The position numbers were made by a program, and so were the translations under genes. Positions 48,271 to 61,330 of a stretch of 64,000 nt of DNA are shown here, in pieces. The stretch lies in NCBI GenBank assembly GCA_037379345.1, contig CM074520.1, positions 19,137,488 to 19,201,487 on the forward strand. Direction: 5' to 3'. The notes beneath the pieces are model-generated. The model searched no databases and was not told the origin of the DNA. It saw only the letters and a program-made list of their open reading frames with translations. This DNA is from Perna viridis (taxonomy: Eukaryota). Position 1 is the first letter of the stretch. Every line of letters begins with the position of its first letter.

Positions 48271-50589
48271 CTTATGGAATAAAAACACGTCTTGTAGCAT
48301 GTAGACCCTTCGATCTTTTTTTTTCTGATTTTTTTTAAATCAGATTTACGGCGCTCTTAGAGGAGAATTTGGTATAACTGTTATTTTTGGTATAACTGTT
48401 ATTCTTAATTCAATTTTTACTGTTGTGGGGAAAGGTATAGTGAAATAATCCAGTTGTAAACTTGGCAAACCAAAGCAAACTGCGCACGTCGGTTCGCAGG
48501 GAAAACAATGAAACAAACGAAAAGAAAAACTAGTTAACAACTAATAAAATCTAAAATACACCATCGTCCTACAAGTACTTTCTTGTTTTACTTAACAATT
48601 GTATTTGCTCTTTGACCCAAATTCTCTTGCAAATGTCCCAATTAAGAAAAACAGCTTCAATTCATTTGTTTTAAATATTCAATATACAGATATCAGCTAC
48701 ATTATGATGCGTTTAAACCAACAAAACGCTAATTTCCTATTTTGACTATATGCTTTCCCAAAATGATTGATAATCATGAATGAACTTTTCCCCTTTATGA
48801 TTTTGTAACACACTGACAAACCAGTACAATGCCATTTTGAACTTATACATGCATCAAACATTGAATTAGAGTAGTAAGAAAAATGCACTCATTCTTGGCA
48901 GATATTGACCATTCAACAAAAACAGACGTAGATGAATTTACTGTAAATTTTATCAGAAATAATATCATACTAGTTAACCAATAATTCGTAAAATTACTAG
49001 TTAAATAGAGGCTATGTTCTTTGAGTGCATTTGTTACAATATATCTTCTTGTATTTTTGCACTTGTTATTAATAATTCAGGATATGTACACACAATACCT
49101 AGAGGTAATTAAAAAAGGATAAAATGACCCATTTTTTTTCAATATGAACACCATTCAGAATGTTTTGCCTGTGTTCAAGTGACTCCCAGAAGTAAATCAA
49201 TTCTGCAGAAGCAATCAAGAGTAAAACATTGCAACGTCAGAAAAAGTGATAAACAAAGTTTGTAACCTAATGCGGTTATCTACATTTATCAAACCATCTA
49301 TTATATTTGTTTTAATCATCTACATCTACAATTGTATTTTTTCAAAAAGTTTTGTCGTTAGAAAACACATACAAATATCACCACAACAGCAAAGACAGTG
49401 AAAAACTCTACGGCAACCTGTAAGTTCGCGGAGCTAAGAATATTAACAAGCATACCTGGTATTGAAGTGTTTCGGTGCGTAGAGAATTCAAAATAACAAT
49501 AAGATATTCAATTTTTTTTAAAAGAATGTCTGCATATCTAATTCAAATAGTCGAATGAGGATTAATTTGTAAGAAGGGAATATCGCTATCATTTTGTTTT
49601 TACTTCTGTCGCAAATCAATTCGGAAAGCAAATAATTGGAAAACAGTGACGGTATTTTAACGAATAAAAATGTATTTACTGTTAAAACATTAGTACTTTT
49701 ATTTTTATAATCGTTTTAAGATAATTTTACCCATATGAATATTCAACAGTCTCTGCTTAATGCCAATTGCTATTCGTTACCTATTCGAAGTCAGTACGTG
49801 ATATATGCAACTGTTCCGATTATATTGAGCGAGGTCGACGGACGAAGTCCGAGGTCAGTACAATCTCACAGGTCAATATATCACTTTCTGACTGAGTGAA
49901 AGTCCTAAATTTATATATTATATATGTAAATAGTGTATTACATATAAGAATGGTCTCTAATTTTGTATTTTCCAGATTTACACATGCCATTGAAAATAAG
50001 AATAAAAAACATGTTTTACTATAAAAAAAAAGAAAAGACATAACATATTTTGGATATTTTCTGTTAAGAATTCATATGGAACAAAAACTTTTCAAAGCCG
50101 TTTTTTAACATTACTTTTGAAATGGAATTTTTTTTATCAGTATAGCGTATATATATATATGTCATATATACATGTGGTCTTTCCATATAGGTTTTCATGT
50201 AACATCGAAGTGATATGGACATGCATATTTTAGTGTGATTTCGTTGTCCAAACATATTAATTGCCACTGTCATTCACTGTACAACGACATGGGAATCGTT
50301 TTCCGTCTTAGTCTTATTACCGACGGCTACAATATCTTTTAGAATTTAAATTCAATTCAGATTTTTTTCTCCTTGCTCGCTTTTATAAAGCTTAAGATAT
50401 CTTAAGTGTTTATGACTTTATGACAGGACATATTTCATATAGAAATGGCGTCATGGCTGATGGTTGTATCATTACTTAATAAATACATCCACCATAGAGT
50501 CTCACAGTGTCCAACATAATATATAGTAAAAAGTTTATTAACCCGGACAAAAGTAGACCTATTGGATAAATTTGGCCAGAAATTAAACA

Positions 50590-51015
50590 GGGAAACAAAA
50601 ATGATCATATTGGAAATCAAACAATGCAATCCAGGGATAACGACTAGACAGAGAAAACAGACTCGCACAACAAAGAACATGAAATAACCAAAATAACACG
50701 TACAAAGAAACACAGATAAATGATCAACTCTGACCCCACTAAAAACTGGGAACATGGATCAGGTGTACGGGTAGGGTAAGCTTCGTCTGTTTTTCCTTGA
50801 GTGTCAAGTCCGGGATAGACGAAAGAAGAAAGGAATACTACTATGACACTGTGAACAAATCGGTTCTTATGGTGCATATGGATACACCATCACGATCCGC
50901 GATGACGACCATTCTGAAGTGATGACTTCAATACCCTATTCCAGAAGCCTAATTGGAAGATGTTTATTGCGGTACAAAAAATTTCCGTTGTAACGGCACG
51001 CTCTGGTATAAAGTA
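50590..51015 (-). mobile_element. Naiad-like PLE 3' end
   Basis: Tail block GGTAGGGTAAG, GTCAAGTCCGGGATAGACGAAAG, CTATGACAC, plus the C-terminal coding remnant. Confidence 0.85.
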
Positions 51016-52402
51016 CGAGATGTTATGTTAATATGCAAATACATAGTTTGTGTTGTTGATTTTAAGCTTTTGTAAACCTTGTCTGTTTGCCCGACAATCT
51101 ACGTTTTAGCGAGTTTATCATAATTCATTCCCAATTTCATATTTTCACTTGTCAAATCAAAAGCAAAGATACAATGCTACAGTTGAAGTGCGTTATCGTT
51201 TAGAGTATCGTTGACATGATTTATACAAGGGAAATTAGAAGTCACTTTTCTTTACATTCATATAAATTCATTTAAATATTTTAAATTTGACGACATTGTT
51301 TTTCAAAAACAAAAATGTTTTCATTGATTAAATTCCATTAAACGTTCCCAGTTACAAATTTAAAAAAGCATTAGTTCTGAATTGTCATTTTCTAAAGAGG
51401 TATTGGCTTTAAAGGCCACAGTCACCACCAAATCTTAATCAAATATATGTTTTGTGTTTCATCTAGAAATTTAGCTTACTTTGAGGACTTGATAGTTTAA
51501 TAACGCTTCTGTAAAAGTCAGTTTTAATTAACTTGATGCAAAGACGTTATAATAAAGTCATGATAAGGAGTATTTTGTATGAAATTATGATAATTTATTT
51601 TTTGGAAAATCACTAAATTTACACTTGTTATTTGACAAAAACATAGTAACTTCTTAAATAAAACAAGGATTGTCTATCAGAATTTGAAATGCACACATAT
51701 TCAGGACAGTAGAAATTAATTTCATTTTGGGGCCATTTTGAGCAACTCTCTCAGACAAGCATGCACTTGAATTCCAAAAAATGACCGCACTTGATACCAG
51801 TATTAAGTACAAACGTTTCTGAGTCTAGAGCGGTACAAAACTTTTACTTAGTTTCATCAACCTGTGGCATAACGAATGAATTCAAAAGTCAGCTTCTGAT
51901 TAAAATTGCAGTTAGAATATATATTTTTACTCTAAGTGTTTGGTTCTCAATATAAGACATTTTAAGAATTTTAAAGTAACTTAAAGTGCAATTCAAAATG
52001 TTAACATTCAATTGAAACAAACTTATTTACTTTATATAGCTATATCCTGTGTAATAACATTGTCTGAGTTGCATTGGGATAAGATGTTCTTGCTAATTTT
52101 GGGAAATAACTATATGCAAGTCTTTTATTTGAGTTTAAAATGACACTTCATTAAGGTTTGTTGTCAACGTAATTTAGAAGCCACATGTAGGAAGATAACC
52201 ATATCAGACAAGAAGAAAGTGATTTTATCCATGATAATAATTGGTTTTCGTTTCAAAATTTCAAGACAAAGTCTAGAATGATACCGCTTAATGCTTTATA
52301 AAAATTGGGCAATTGACTTATCAAGTACATGTTTACGCATCTTCTCAATGTCAATGTACTTTACTCGTACTTTCTATCAGATTCGTTAAATACCTAAACC
52401 AT

Positions 52403-52516
52403 ATCGACAGAAATACAATTTGCTAAGGAAGATTATCCTAATATTGTCCGTTCATTCGTTCACAAAAAGAGAAAAACATAGTACCGATCTTTAACTTTTT
52501 CTTACTTGGACAATTT

Positions 52517-52565
<49 letters not shown>

Positions 52566-52630
52566 ACTTTCGTTCTTTGAATCGTATCTGTATTCAAACA
52601 TGTCTTTTAATTACCTTATCCTTTTTTTTT
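52403..52630 (+). repeat. Dispersed direct repeat, copy 2, with expanded poly(T)
   Basis: Matches 43041-43260; contains a T run of about 44 nt at 52518-52561. Confidence 0.9.
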
Positions 52631-55600
52631 AAGACAACTTTTTATAACTTGAAAAAATCTGTACCTTATAATGGTTAACTAAACGGATAATTATAACTCA
52701 CGATAATTCACTGTCGGATTATGACATGAAAAATATAGTATTGGACTAATCGTGTTATATATGGCTGATTACTGTCTTTGCTGCATACATAATCCTATAT
52801 ACGGACGCCATTCAGACTACTCCGGACAGCTCGTGATCTGAATTTAATGGGAAAAAAACGTCGTTTTGGGTTTATTACATAAGCTACATCGATGCCTAAT
52901 ATATCATAAATAAAACAGTACATGTCTTGGACGAAAAATGGACGAAGACGAACTTAGTTTCCAACATTTAATTTAGTTATACTTTGTTTATAAGATATGA
53001 ACCAATACAGCAATTTACACACTATTTTCTACCCATTCATTGTTTCTTGGAAATTGCTAAAGCTGAAAACATAGTACGCCTAAAATTCAATTCTTTCTTA
53101 AGGCAAAGTATATTTTTACATAATAAGCAGCCAGATTCTATACTTTGGGCACATGTTGGAAAATGAATAAAAGATTAAATACTTTAGTCGACATTCGCTG
53201 ACTTTGTTAAATGTGACTTGAATCAATTCATTCAAAGTTAATGAAACGGCGACCGCATCATGACTATCTATTTTCTACCGTCGTAATGAATGATGTTGGT
53301 ATCTCTATAATAAGAAACTATCGTTAATCTGCATTACGTCAGGATGTTTCCCAGACTAGTGAAATAATCCAGCCATTGCACGAACGTACTTAATGTACTT
53401 GTTTGTAGTATTAAATACATGTAATAATTATATGCTTTTAAAGGTTAAAATGTCCCTCTTTCGCTTATTAGTCAAGTGTGGGTATATACATTAAGATCTT
53501 ATCATTTGCTTAGTATGTTAATAATAAATGAAATCTACGTTCATGTTATTTCAGTCTATGCAGAAAATGAGTAATGTTCGTTTTTTCGAAAAGCACCATA
53601 TTGCAGTTTCATGTTGCAAATCCATTTCATATCTATTCATGATGCATACCTTTTCTTATCCAAGTAGCCTCTGTCTCCCCTTCCGTTTCAACAATTAGAC
53701 ATACAAGACTAAAAACGTGTATTAATAAATTAACTCTTTCTGTTGGAATTAATGTTTCATTACTGTAAAATATCGGTATGTAATTTGTGCCCTTTTTGTA
53801 TTTGATGTTTGACCTAATGTAAGGAGATATATAACTTATCTAAATGTACTCTGTCCTGCAACTTTGTTTTGTAATGACGAACTGCATTACTGATTTACTT
53901 AGTGTCTACATTTCTGAATATACCTTCTATTGCCTTTTCCAAAAATATGGTTAAAAAGATTGTTTTTATTGTGAATGTACCATTCAAAAGCAAAAATTCT
54001 AAAAAAAACTCTAAAGGAAGTAAATGAAATTCTTCAACTAGACTGGTTCCCGATCGTAATATTCAGAATTTTACACATGAGAGTGTATTGCTAGTAGCTA
54101 ATACCTGGAACGTAGTCCCGAGAACAAAGATATTTTTCGTCGAACACCCACCTTAATGTAAAATGTCTAGAAACAAGTTGCTTTGAAAGATTTAGAAACT
54201 AATGAATCGGTACCGTTGCCAATTCAGTCAGACGTTACTAACTTTACATTTAACGTATAATGTCCAGCAGAAATCGTTATGGAATAAAAAGCAAATTACA
54301 AAGGGAAATGACAAACAACCGTAATACTGAAATATCATCTGTGACAAATTGGCTCTATATAATAATGTAGATGAAACTCCGGTTCGTTACACGACTTTAT
54401 TGCATTAGAAAGAACTGGATTCGTAGATCTTTGCAGAAGTAATCATACAAAAACACTAAAGGCGAAGTAAGTCACATCGTTAAACACATGAAAAGCTATA
54501 TAAGTGAAATCTATTCGGTTGAAAGTGTGTTCCATTTTGTTGAAAATGAATCATTATTGACCATTAGAAAAACAGGTTTTTAACCAATGAATATACAATA
54601 AATGGTATGAGGTTTCTTCATCTTTATATCATTTCATATACTACATGTCCTTGTAGTTTAAAAAGGGATACTTCAAGTATTAATTTACAAGGTCAAAAGA
54701 CTGTTTCGAAGAGTCAAGCCATTTGTGGTTAATTCGTGCTGAATATATCACAAAATGAATTTGTTGTAAAAAAATATAGTCTGTATTTTGTAATTTCAAA
54801 ATTGAATCGATATAAATTTTATCTAAATGTAAAATCTGAGTGAGTGGCTGATACTACTAAGGTTTCAACCTCTACAAACCATAATCTCCTAGAAACAAGA
54901 AATAAGTTAACTCCCATTGTATATTTTTTTCCTTTCCGATTAAAAAAATTCATATACTCCGTTGATTAGGAGAGTTCTTAAATGTAAATCACGTTAAATC
55001 TAGTATCAAGAATAGAATATCTTAACGAACAGTCCTTGATGAGATAGAAGACCATGTTCCGGGTTCTTTATTTTTGTGATTATTTTACTCCGCCAGTTAA
55101 CTGCAAAGCTATTTAAAGTTGTCAGTAGCAGTATTTTTGAATAATTCAACGACTGATGCAATAATATGATTGGTATTTGTTGTAGTTTGAATAAATGATT
55201 GATGAAAGTTTGAAATATATGTAGGCAGACAGCTGCAGAACGTGGAAGAAAAGAAAATTGGCACGATGGTACGAACAAGCTAAAAGTGGATTGGATGTAA
55301 ACATTGGTGACGAAAAGTTATTCGTACAAAATCCTAAAACTAATAAAAGTAGTCCAGCGCGTTCAATTAGTTTTACACCCTAATGTTGTTTAACCATTAA
55401 AAAAAGCGATCTTTATGAAATTCAGACAGGAGGTATTCATGCATGTCAAAAACTCACCGAACTCACTTTTATTTCTTATTCAGGAACAGTTACAGAATCT
55501 TAGTTTTTCATTCTTTTATTGCACTTTAGAGATGTGTATGCAGAAATGAGTAACTTTACTTTAAAATATAACATATGTAGAACAAAAAAGCATTGTTTGT

Positions 55601-56858
55601 TCGGTGGATTTTTGTACAGCATAAACGATCTCTATTATTGGTACTGAATGAATTTTATATGAACTGGTACTTCATACTGTTGCTCACTTTGCAAAAACGT
55701 GAGCTCTTGAGAGCAAATGAACAAAATTTATAAGTTAAGTTTCCATTTATTTCACAAATAAAACATCCCATTTATTTCTTTCCCCGGTCAATTTCGAACA
55801 ACTAACTTTTTTATCTACATAATTTAAATTTTTCAATTGCAGGACATGAATACTTTTACACAATTATATGCATTGTTCATGGAATCGTTGTACGAAGTGT
55901 TAACATTCTTACAACAAATAAAAAGCCTCCTGAAAATTTATTTTATAATTGTACTGTGCGTGACAGTAAAGATTGAGATGTGTCATTAAGCTGTTTTAAT
56001 TGTTTCATTAAGATCGTGTAATAGATTAAACAGCCCTTGAATTGGGTGCACGGATGTTATAATTTCCGCAAATGAGTCTTAAATTGATTTACAGCATTTA
56101 TTAGAATTGCGCAATTAATGAACAGGATGCACATTTTATTTTGCTGATATCATCATTTAGAGTTACATAATTGAAATTAATTCTAAAATTGTATAGTCAT
56201 TGACAAATCATTCGGTCTGACTTTGATATCTTAGAATCGGTTTGAGTGCTATTTAAGAGTTCGTTAACGCATATTTATCGACAGGGCAAACGTTTCATTG
56301 TTCGTAGAGTTGCCTTTTCTCTTCCAAATTAACTCCACTTACTATGGCAAAATATGCACAGGACCACATGTGTCTTTTGGGGGGTTTCTAGTTGCATGTT
56401 GGAGAAGAAATTGGAAACAGGTAATGTGTTAAAGAGACAGCTATCCCACGAAACAGCAAAATCAATATCTCACGGCAGTGTATGGGCCTTTAAAAAAACG
56501 GTTCAAAATTGTCGCCCTTGAGACAAGCTGTGGGGCGATAAGCATCATACTATCCCCCTGATATGAAAAACGAAATTCAAGAACAAATAAACAAGATTAA
56601 CAATTGCATTATAAATTATAAATAATGAGTTCTCTTAAAGGATTTCATCATTGATCTTGATGCTCATTAAATGTAAAGTTCCAGGATAGTCCTATAAAAC
56701 CAAATATGATACATTATATAATTGTAAAATCAGCATAAGGATGTCAGGAAATACACAAGAAGTGAATAATCCATGCCATTTCTTCAATTAAAAAATCGAA
56801 ATTCGAATTTGTTAAGACACTTTTACTTCAACATACTCTTGTCGAGATTATTAATGAT

Positions 56859-56934
56859 GGATAGAGCTTCCCTTTTCGATGTTTTTAGCCTGAGAAGGAT
56901 AGAGATTCCCTTTTCAATATTTTTGGCTTGAGAA
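56859..56934. repeat. 38-bp tandem duplication
   Basis: GGATAGAG.TTCCCTTTTC.AT.TTTTT.GC.TGAGAA occurs twice. Confidence 0.85.
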
Positions 56935-58043
56935 CTTCTGGTGTACAAATAACGATTGAACCTTAATCAAGTTTATCAAATTTTTACTATAAACTAATCA
57001 AATAAAAATGAAGCGATGCCAGAAAAGCTAACGGAGTTTACTCCTTCATACTGGCTTTAGTCAATTTCAACTTTTGCCCAATTTTTTGAAGAAGAATTTT
57101 AAAGTACAATTAAAAACCGGACGAATACGAGGTTTTTATCAACCATTCATCAAGAATGGAGAAGGAGGCCATAGATAAAAGCTGCAAACCTTAATCAGCA
57201 ACAAAATTCTTTAAAAGGAGAAAACAGACACAGACAGTAGGTGCGACCATGAACAACAAGGTAATGCAAGGCCGAGGCCCACGTCACTAGCTGTCTTCCA
57301 TGGGCCGGTCATTAATATCGTTCACAATGACTCAGGTGATATCACTCCAAAACATCAAACATTCTAAGGGAACAAACCGTTAGCCCAAAGAATTGCATGT
57401 ACAAATTCTAAGCCGGAAAATTGGTCAAACTAGACCATCTGCTACACTTTTGATTTAAAACTAAAATTGATGAAGTTATTTGACCCCTTAAGTTACTCAA
57501 ATACTGCATCCAAATAAGATTTCAATGGCTTTAGTCTACCACAAAGCTTTTCACTCTCACGGGCGGTACTGTCTTGACAAAATACCAGTTCATTACAGTT
57601 CTAAAAAGTGCTCTGAATTCTGAAGAACATCTTCTCATATTCGCTAACACACTAATCAAATTGAGAGATCTACTGATATGGCAAAAAATAACGTGGTGCA
57701 GAAAGAAAGGCTTGCTTTAACAAAATGAATTAACAAAAGCAGTTCCGGATGAAAGTGCTTTTGTGTCCCCCCCCCCCTTTACCTTTGATTATTTAGCTTG
57801 TCTCTAACGATTTGGGAGATGTTAAATCAGTTGAGTGAATGGAGGATATGAAGCGAGATACGTTAAAATTCATGCTTTGAAATTTTGATGCGCCAATATT
57901 AGCATAAATCTTTAAAACGGAAAAATGTGGCGGCAGCTAGAAATAGGGTAAACAGTAATAATTATATCACATCGGCAAACCACTTTATAATACATCACCA
58001 AAGCATTGGATTAAAAGAAATCGCCCTATATATATATATATAT

Positions 58044-58136
58044 ATGTATAGTTTATTAATTATAATATCATGTGTACCCAGTCGATTGTTTATATATACT
58101 GGGTACACATGATATTATAATTAATAAACTATACAT
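58044..58136. repeat. Perfect 39-bp inverted repeat with a 15-nt loop
   Basis: ATGTATAGTTTATTAATTATAATATCATGTGTACCCAGT and ACTGGGTACACATGATATTATAATTAATAAACTATACAT, preceded by (TA)n. Confidence 0.95.
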
Positions 58137-60339
58137 TAGATGCTGAAATTGTGCCCATTAAATAAATGCACACCAATGTGTATAACGTTGTTTATAATTA
58201 GTGATAACAGATGATGAGGCTCGCGAGGGATGGGAGTAGTATATAGATTCACTAAAATGGGACGATAAAACATCATTACTTTCCAGCTATTTCCATTGGT
58301 TCATGTCGCGTATAAACATTCCTATGATACCATATGATGTTTGGTTAGACTTTCTCTTGTCAACCATGAGTGGTCGACTATGAAATGTTACCATGTCTAA
58401 CTTTTAGCAGTTTACCATTTTAAGTAAAAAATGTGGTAATATATATAAATGAAGGATATTTATTGCGATTTTAAAATATACAGGTGGTAATACATGTACA
58501 TGTTATAAATACATTGTCAGTTAATATGGTGTTTTATATATATAGTAAATGCTAACATTTAATCTGAAGTTCATTATATGTGGTAACAACAATTCAAAGC
58601 CGAACTCCTTTGAAAATAGTAAAATCAAAAGGGTATTTGACGTGAGTCGCCGTATGACTCCATTCTCTCTTGAGCCATCAGTAGGAATTTGACCACCCAA
58701 TGGTGCCAGTCTTACCAACATCAATGGAGAGGTATTTCTGTTATCTTGTCAGATCTTTAATGCGTTCACAATAAACTGAGGCCAGTATACTCCAATGTGC
58801 AGTTATTTGTTTATAGCCTGATATTTGATTAAATGTTATATATATTCGGTGCTAATGTGGGTGTTGAGTTTACACCTCGAGACGCGTGTACAAAATTTGC
58901 AAAATTTATATGATTGTTATTTTGTTATATTTTGGTAAATACTCTCTCAGTTTTGATGGACAAATCTAAGCTATAAAGTCATATTCCTTCCTACAATATT
59001 TTAATCTTTAACAATTTCAACTTCAAACCTTTTGAAAAATTAAGAAGTGAGAGGCAACTATTATTGTGCTTTATAAGAAATTTAACCATGAATGTAGGTT
59101 TTCATTTCATATCTTCAGGTATGGTTAGAGACTTAGACTTTAATGATTGGACCAAATAAAAAAGGGCTAATTCTCGATGGTATAATAGATAAATAGTGAA
59201 TCTTCCATCTGATTTGGCTGAATATCTCACTACATTGTATTTTTAATGTAATTTTAATGGCTGATCATATATTTGCTCTTGAAATTGGCAAATTCGGTTC
59301 ATGAGAAAAGATTTCATGTTCAGTAAGGGACAAGGGAATCACTTTTACTCTTTTTCGGTGTTATGCTTTAATTTTAATCATCTATATGAAATATGTGGTA
59401 TTTATCATTCTTAAAACATTTCGGTTGTCTTGTGGTTGCATGTTGTGGTCTCAGAAAAGTGTTTGTACTAAAGGAGGTAGACCTAGGGTAAGGGACATAA
59501 CCCTTTCAAATCGTTGGGACGTTTGTGTAAAGCATTTTACATCAATCTCAACTAAACATCAAAGTAACTTGGATTGATTTCATTCTATTTCAAATGAAAG
59601 CTTGATAGGCTTTGTTGAAATTGAATATGACTTTAATAGTTATTCCCTTACCCTAAGTCTACCTTCTTAAAAAGACACACAAGTACTTAAATTTTGTACG
59701 GAAACAAACTGTCAGCTCTTGAAACTGTTGGAATAGGCTTTCTTGATATTGACAGTCAGCTTCAATGCCATGCAATAATTGAATAGATTTAGAAGTCCTG
59801 CTGGTTTTCCTGTGCAAGCAATATCTTAAAGCGTCAGCAATATTTTTTCTCTTTGCAATTGCTTCATTACAGCACTGCAAGCAATGGTAATTTGAAGCTT
59901 TTAATTTTTTCTTATGTTTAACGAGATAAAAGCCTATTTAGATTGTCAATAAAAATATAATCAACTGCCGGATGGGATAAGTAAAGATAAAACATCGCAT
60001 TATAGCAGTACAAACAAATCTTCAACTTGATAAAAAGAAGCATGTTATTTTTAGTTAATTGTTTGCAGAGTAGAGTATGTCTCATACTGTCTTGTATGTA
60101 TCCTCACTGGGAAATGTGTCAATGATGTCCTGTAATCTGTCGGCTTTTCGTAATTGCATATGAGTAATTGTCACCAACATCAAATCATTCCGAGTTTTTT
60201 TTAATGCTGCAAAGCCAAATCAAAAATGACAATGGAAATAAATTGGTACGTTTTAAGTAATTTGAAGCAAGTTTACCATACTAAGCTCCAATCAAAATTT
60301 ATAGATCAGTTGATAATAGCTCAAATTAAGTGTTATTTA

Positions 60340-60612
60340 AGGTCACCAGCGCTATAAATGGGGGAAATATTGAAAGTGCAGAAATATACTTAAAAGAATA
60401 ATCCAGGGAATTACGATTATAGCGAAAATCAAAAGAACACGATCAGACAGGGAAAATAGACACACACAACAAAGAACATGAAATAACCAAAATAATAAGT
60501 AAAAAAAAACAGAAGTCAATGAGCAACTCGGACTCTACTTAAAAATTGGGAGCATGGATCAGGTGAACCGGTAGGGTAAGTATCGTCTGCTTTTCTAGGA
60601 CCACCCACCAGG
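60340..60612 (-). mobile_element. Naiad-like PLE 3' tail
   Basis: AATGAGCAACTCGGACTC..GGGAGCATGGATCAGGTG.ACCGGTAGGGTAAG..CTGCTTTTCTAG. Confidence 0.85.
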
Positions 60613-60884
60613 TTTGATAAAACACATTCCAATACGGTTGTAAATGCCTCGTCATGCTACCTATTACGCTGTCAATCACCTAAAAAATAGTTATGACCTA
60701 AGGGCGACACAAAGAAAATGGTGTACATAGAACCTTCTAAAGTTTACATATATATTACGGATGGTGTGTTGTGTTGATCAAATGAGAAGACATTCGCCTC
60801 GCCACCCGAAGTCCATCATGCTAACCTTTAGGCTGATAGTCATCAAATAATAAATGATTATTATGATCTTATTATGGTGAAATG

Positions 60885-61330
60885 TGATATATTTTTCTTA
60901 CATTTCAGCATGTTGTCACTTTATATTGAAGGTGGTACCTACCTGGTGTAATCTGTAGTTCAAAATATTTTACCGATATTATCTTTACATTGCATCGTAC
61001 TTATATGCATCTCGCACGGTGGAGAAGTTTTTTTCTTACATTTTTATCATGTTGAACTTCTGTATAATCTGTAACTCAAATAGAACAATACACATATCAT
61101 TCAAACTTTGCACTGTTTATATAACTTATTGAAGATGTGCACCTCTTATTATGTATAATCTGGATATTTTTTTTTACATTTTTTCATGTTGAATTTTAAG
61201 AATCTTTGTCACTTAATGCGGTAGACGGTATCAAATTGCGAAATCTGTAACTCAAATAGAATGATGCCAATATTATTCAATCTTTGCATGGTGTTTATAT
61301 GCATATGAAGGTGTACACTTCTTACTTTAG
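60885..61330. repeat. Degenerate tandem array of up to ~175-bp units (Helentron/HINE central-repeat-like)
   Basis: TTACATTT..CATGTTG three times, AATCTGTA.(C/T)TCAAA three times, GAAG.TGT.CAC.TCT twice (61131, 61307). Confidence 0.6.

Noticed and set aside
43041-52630. LTR retrotransposon bounded by the direct repeats
   Set aside because: No TG/CA termini, PBS, PPT, TSD or gag-pol remnants.
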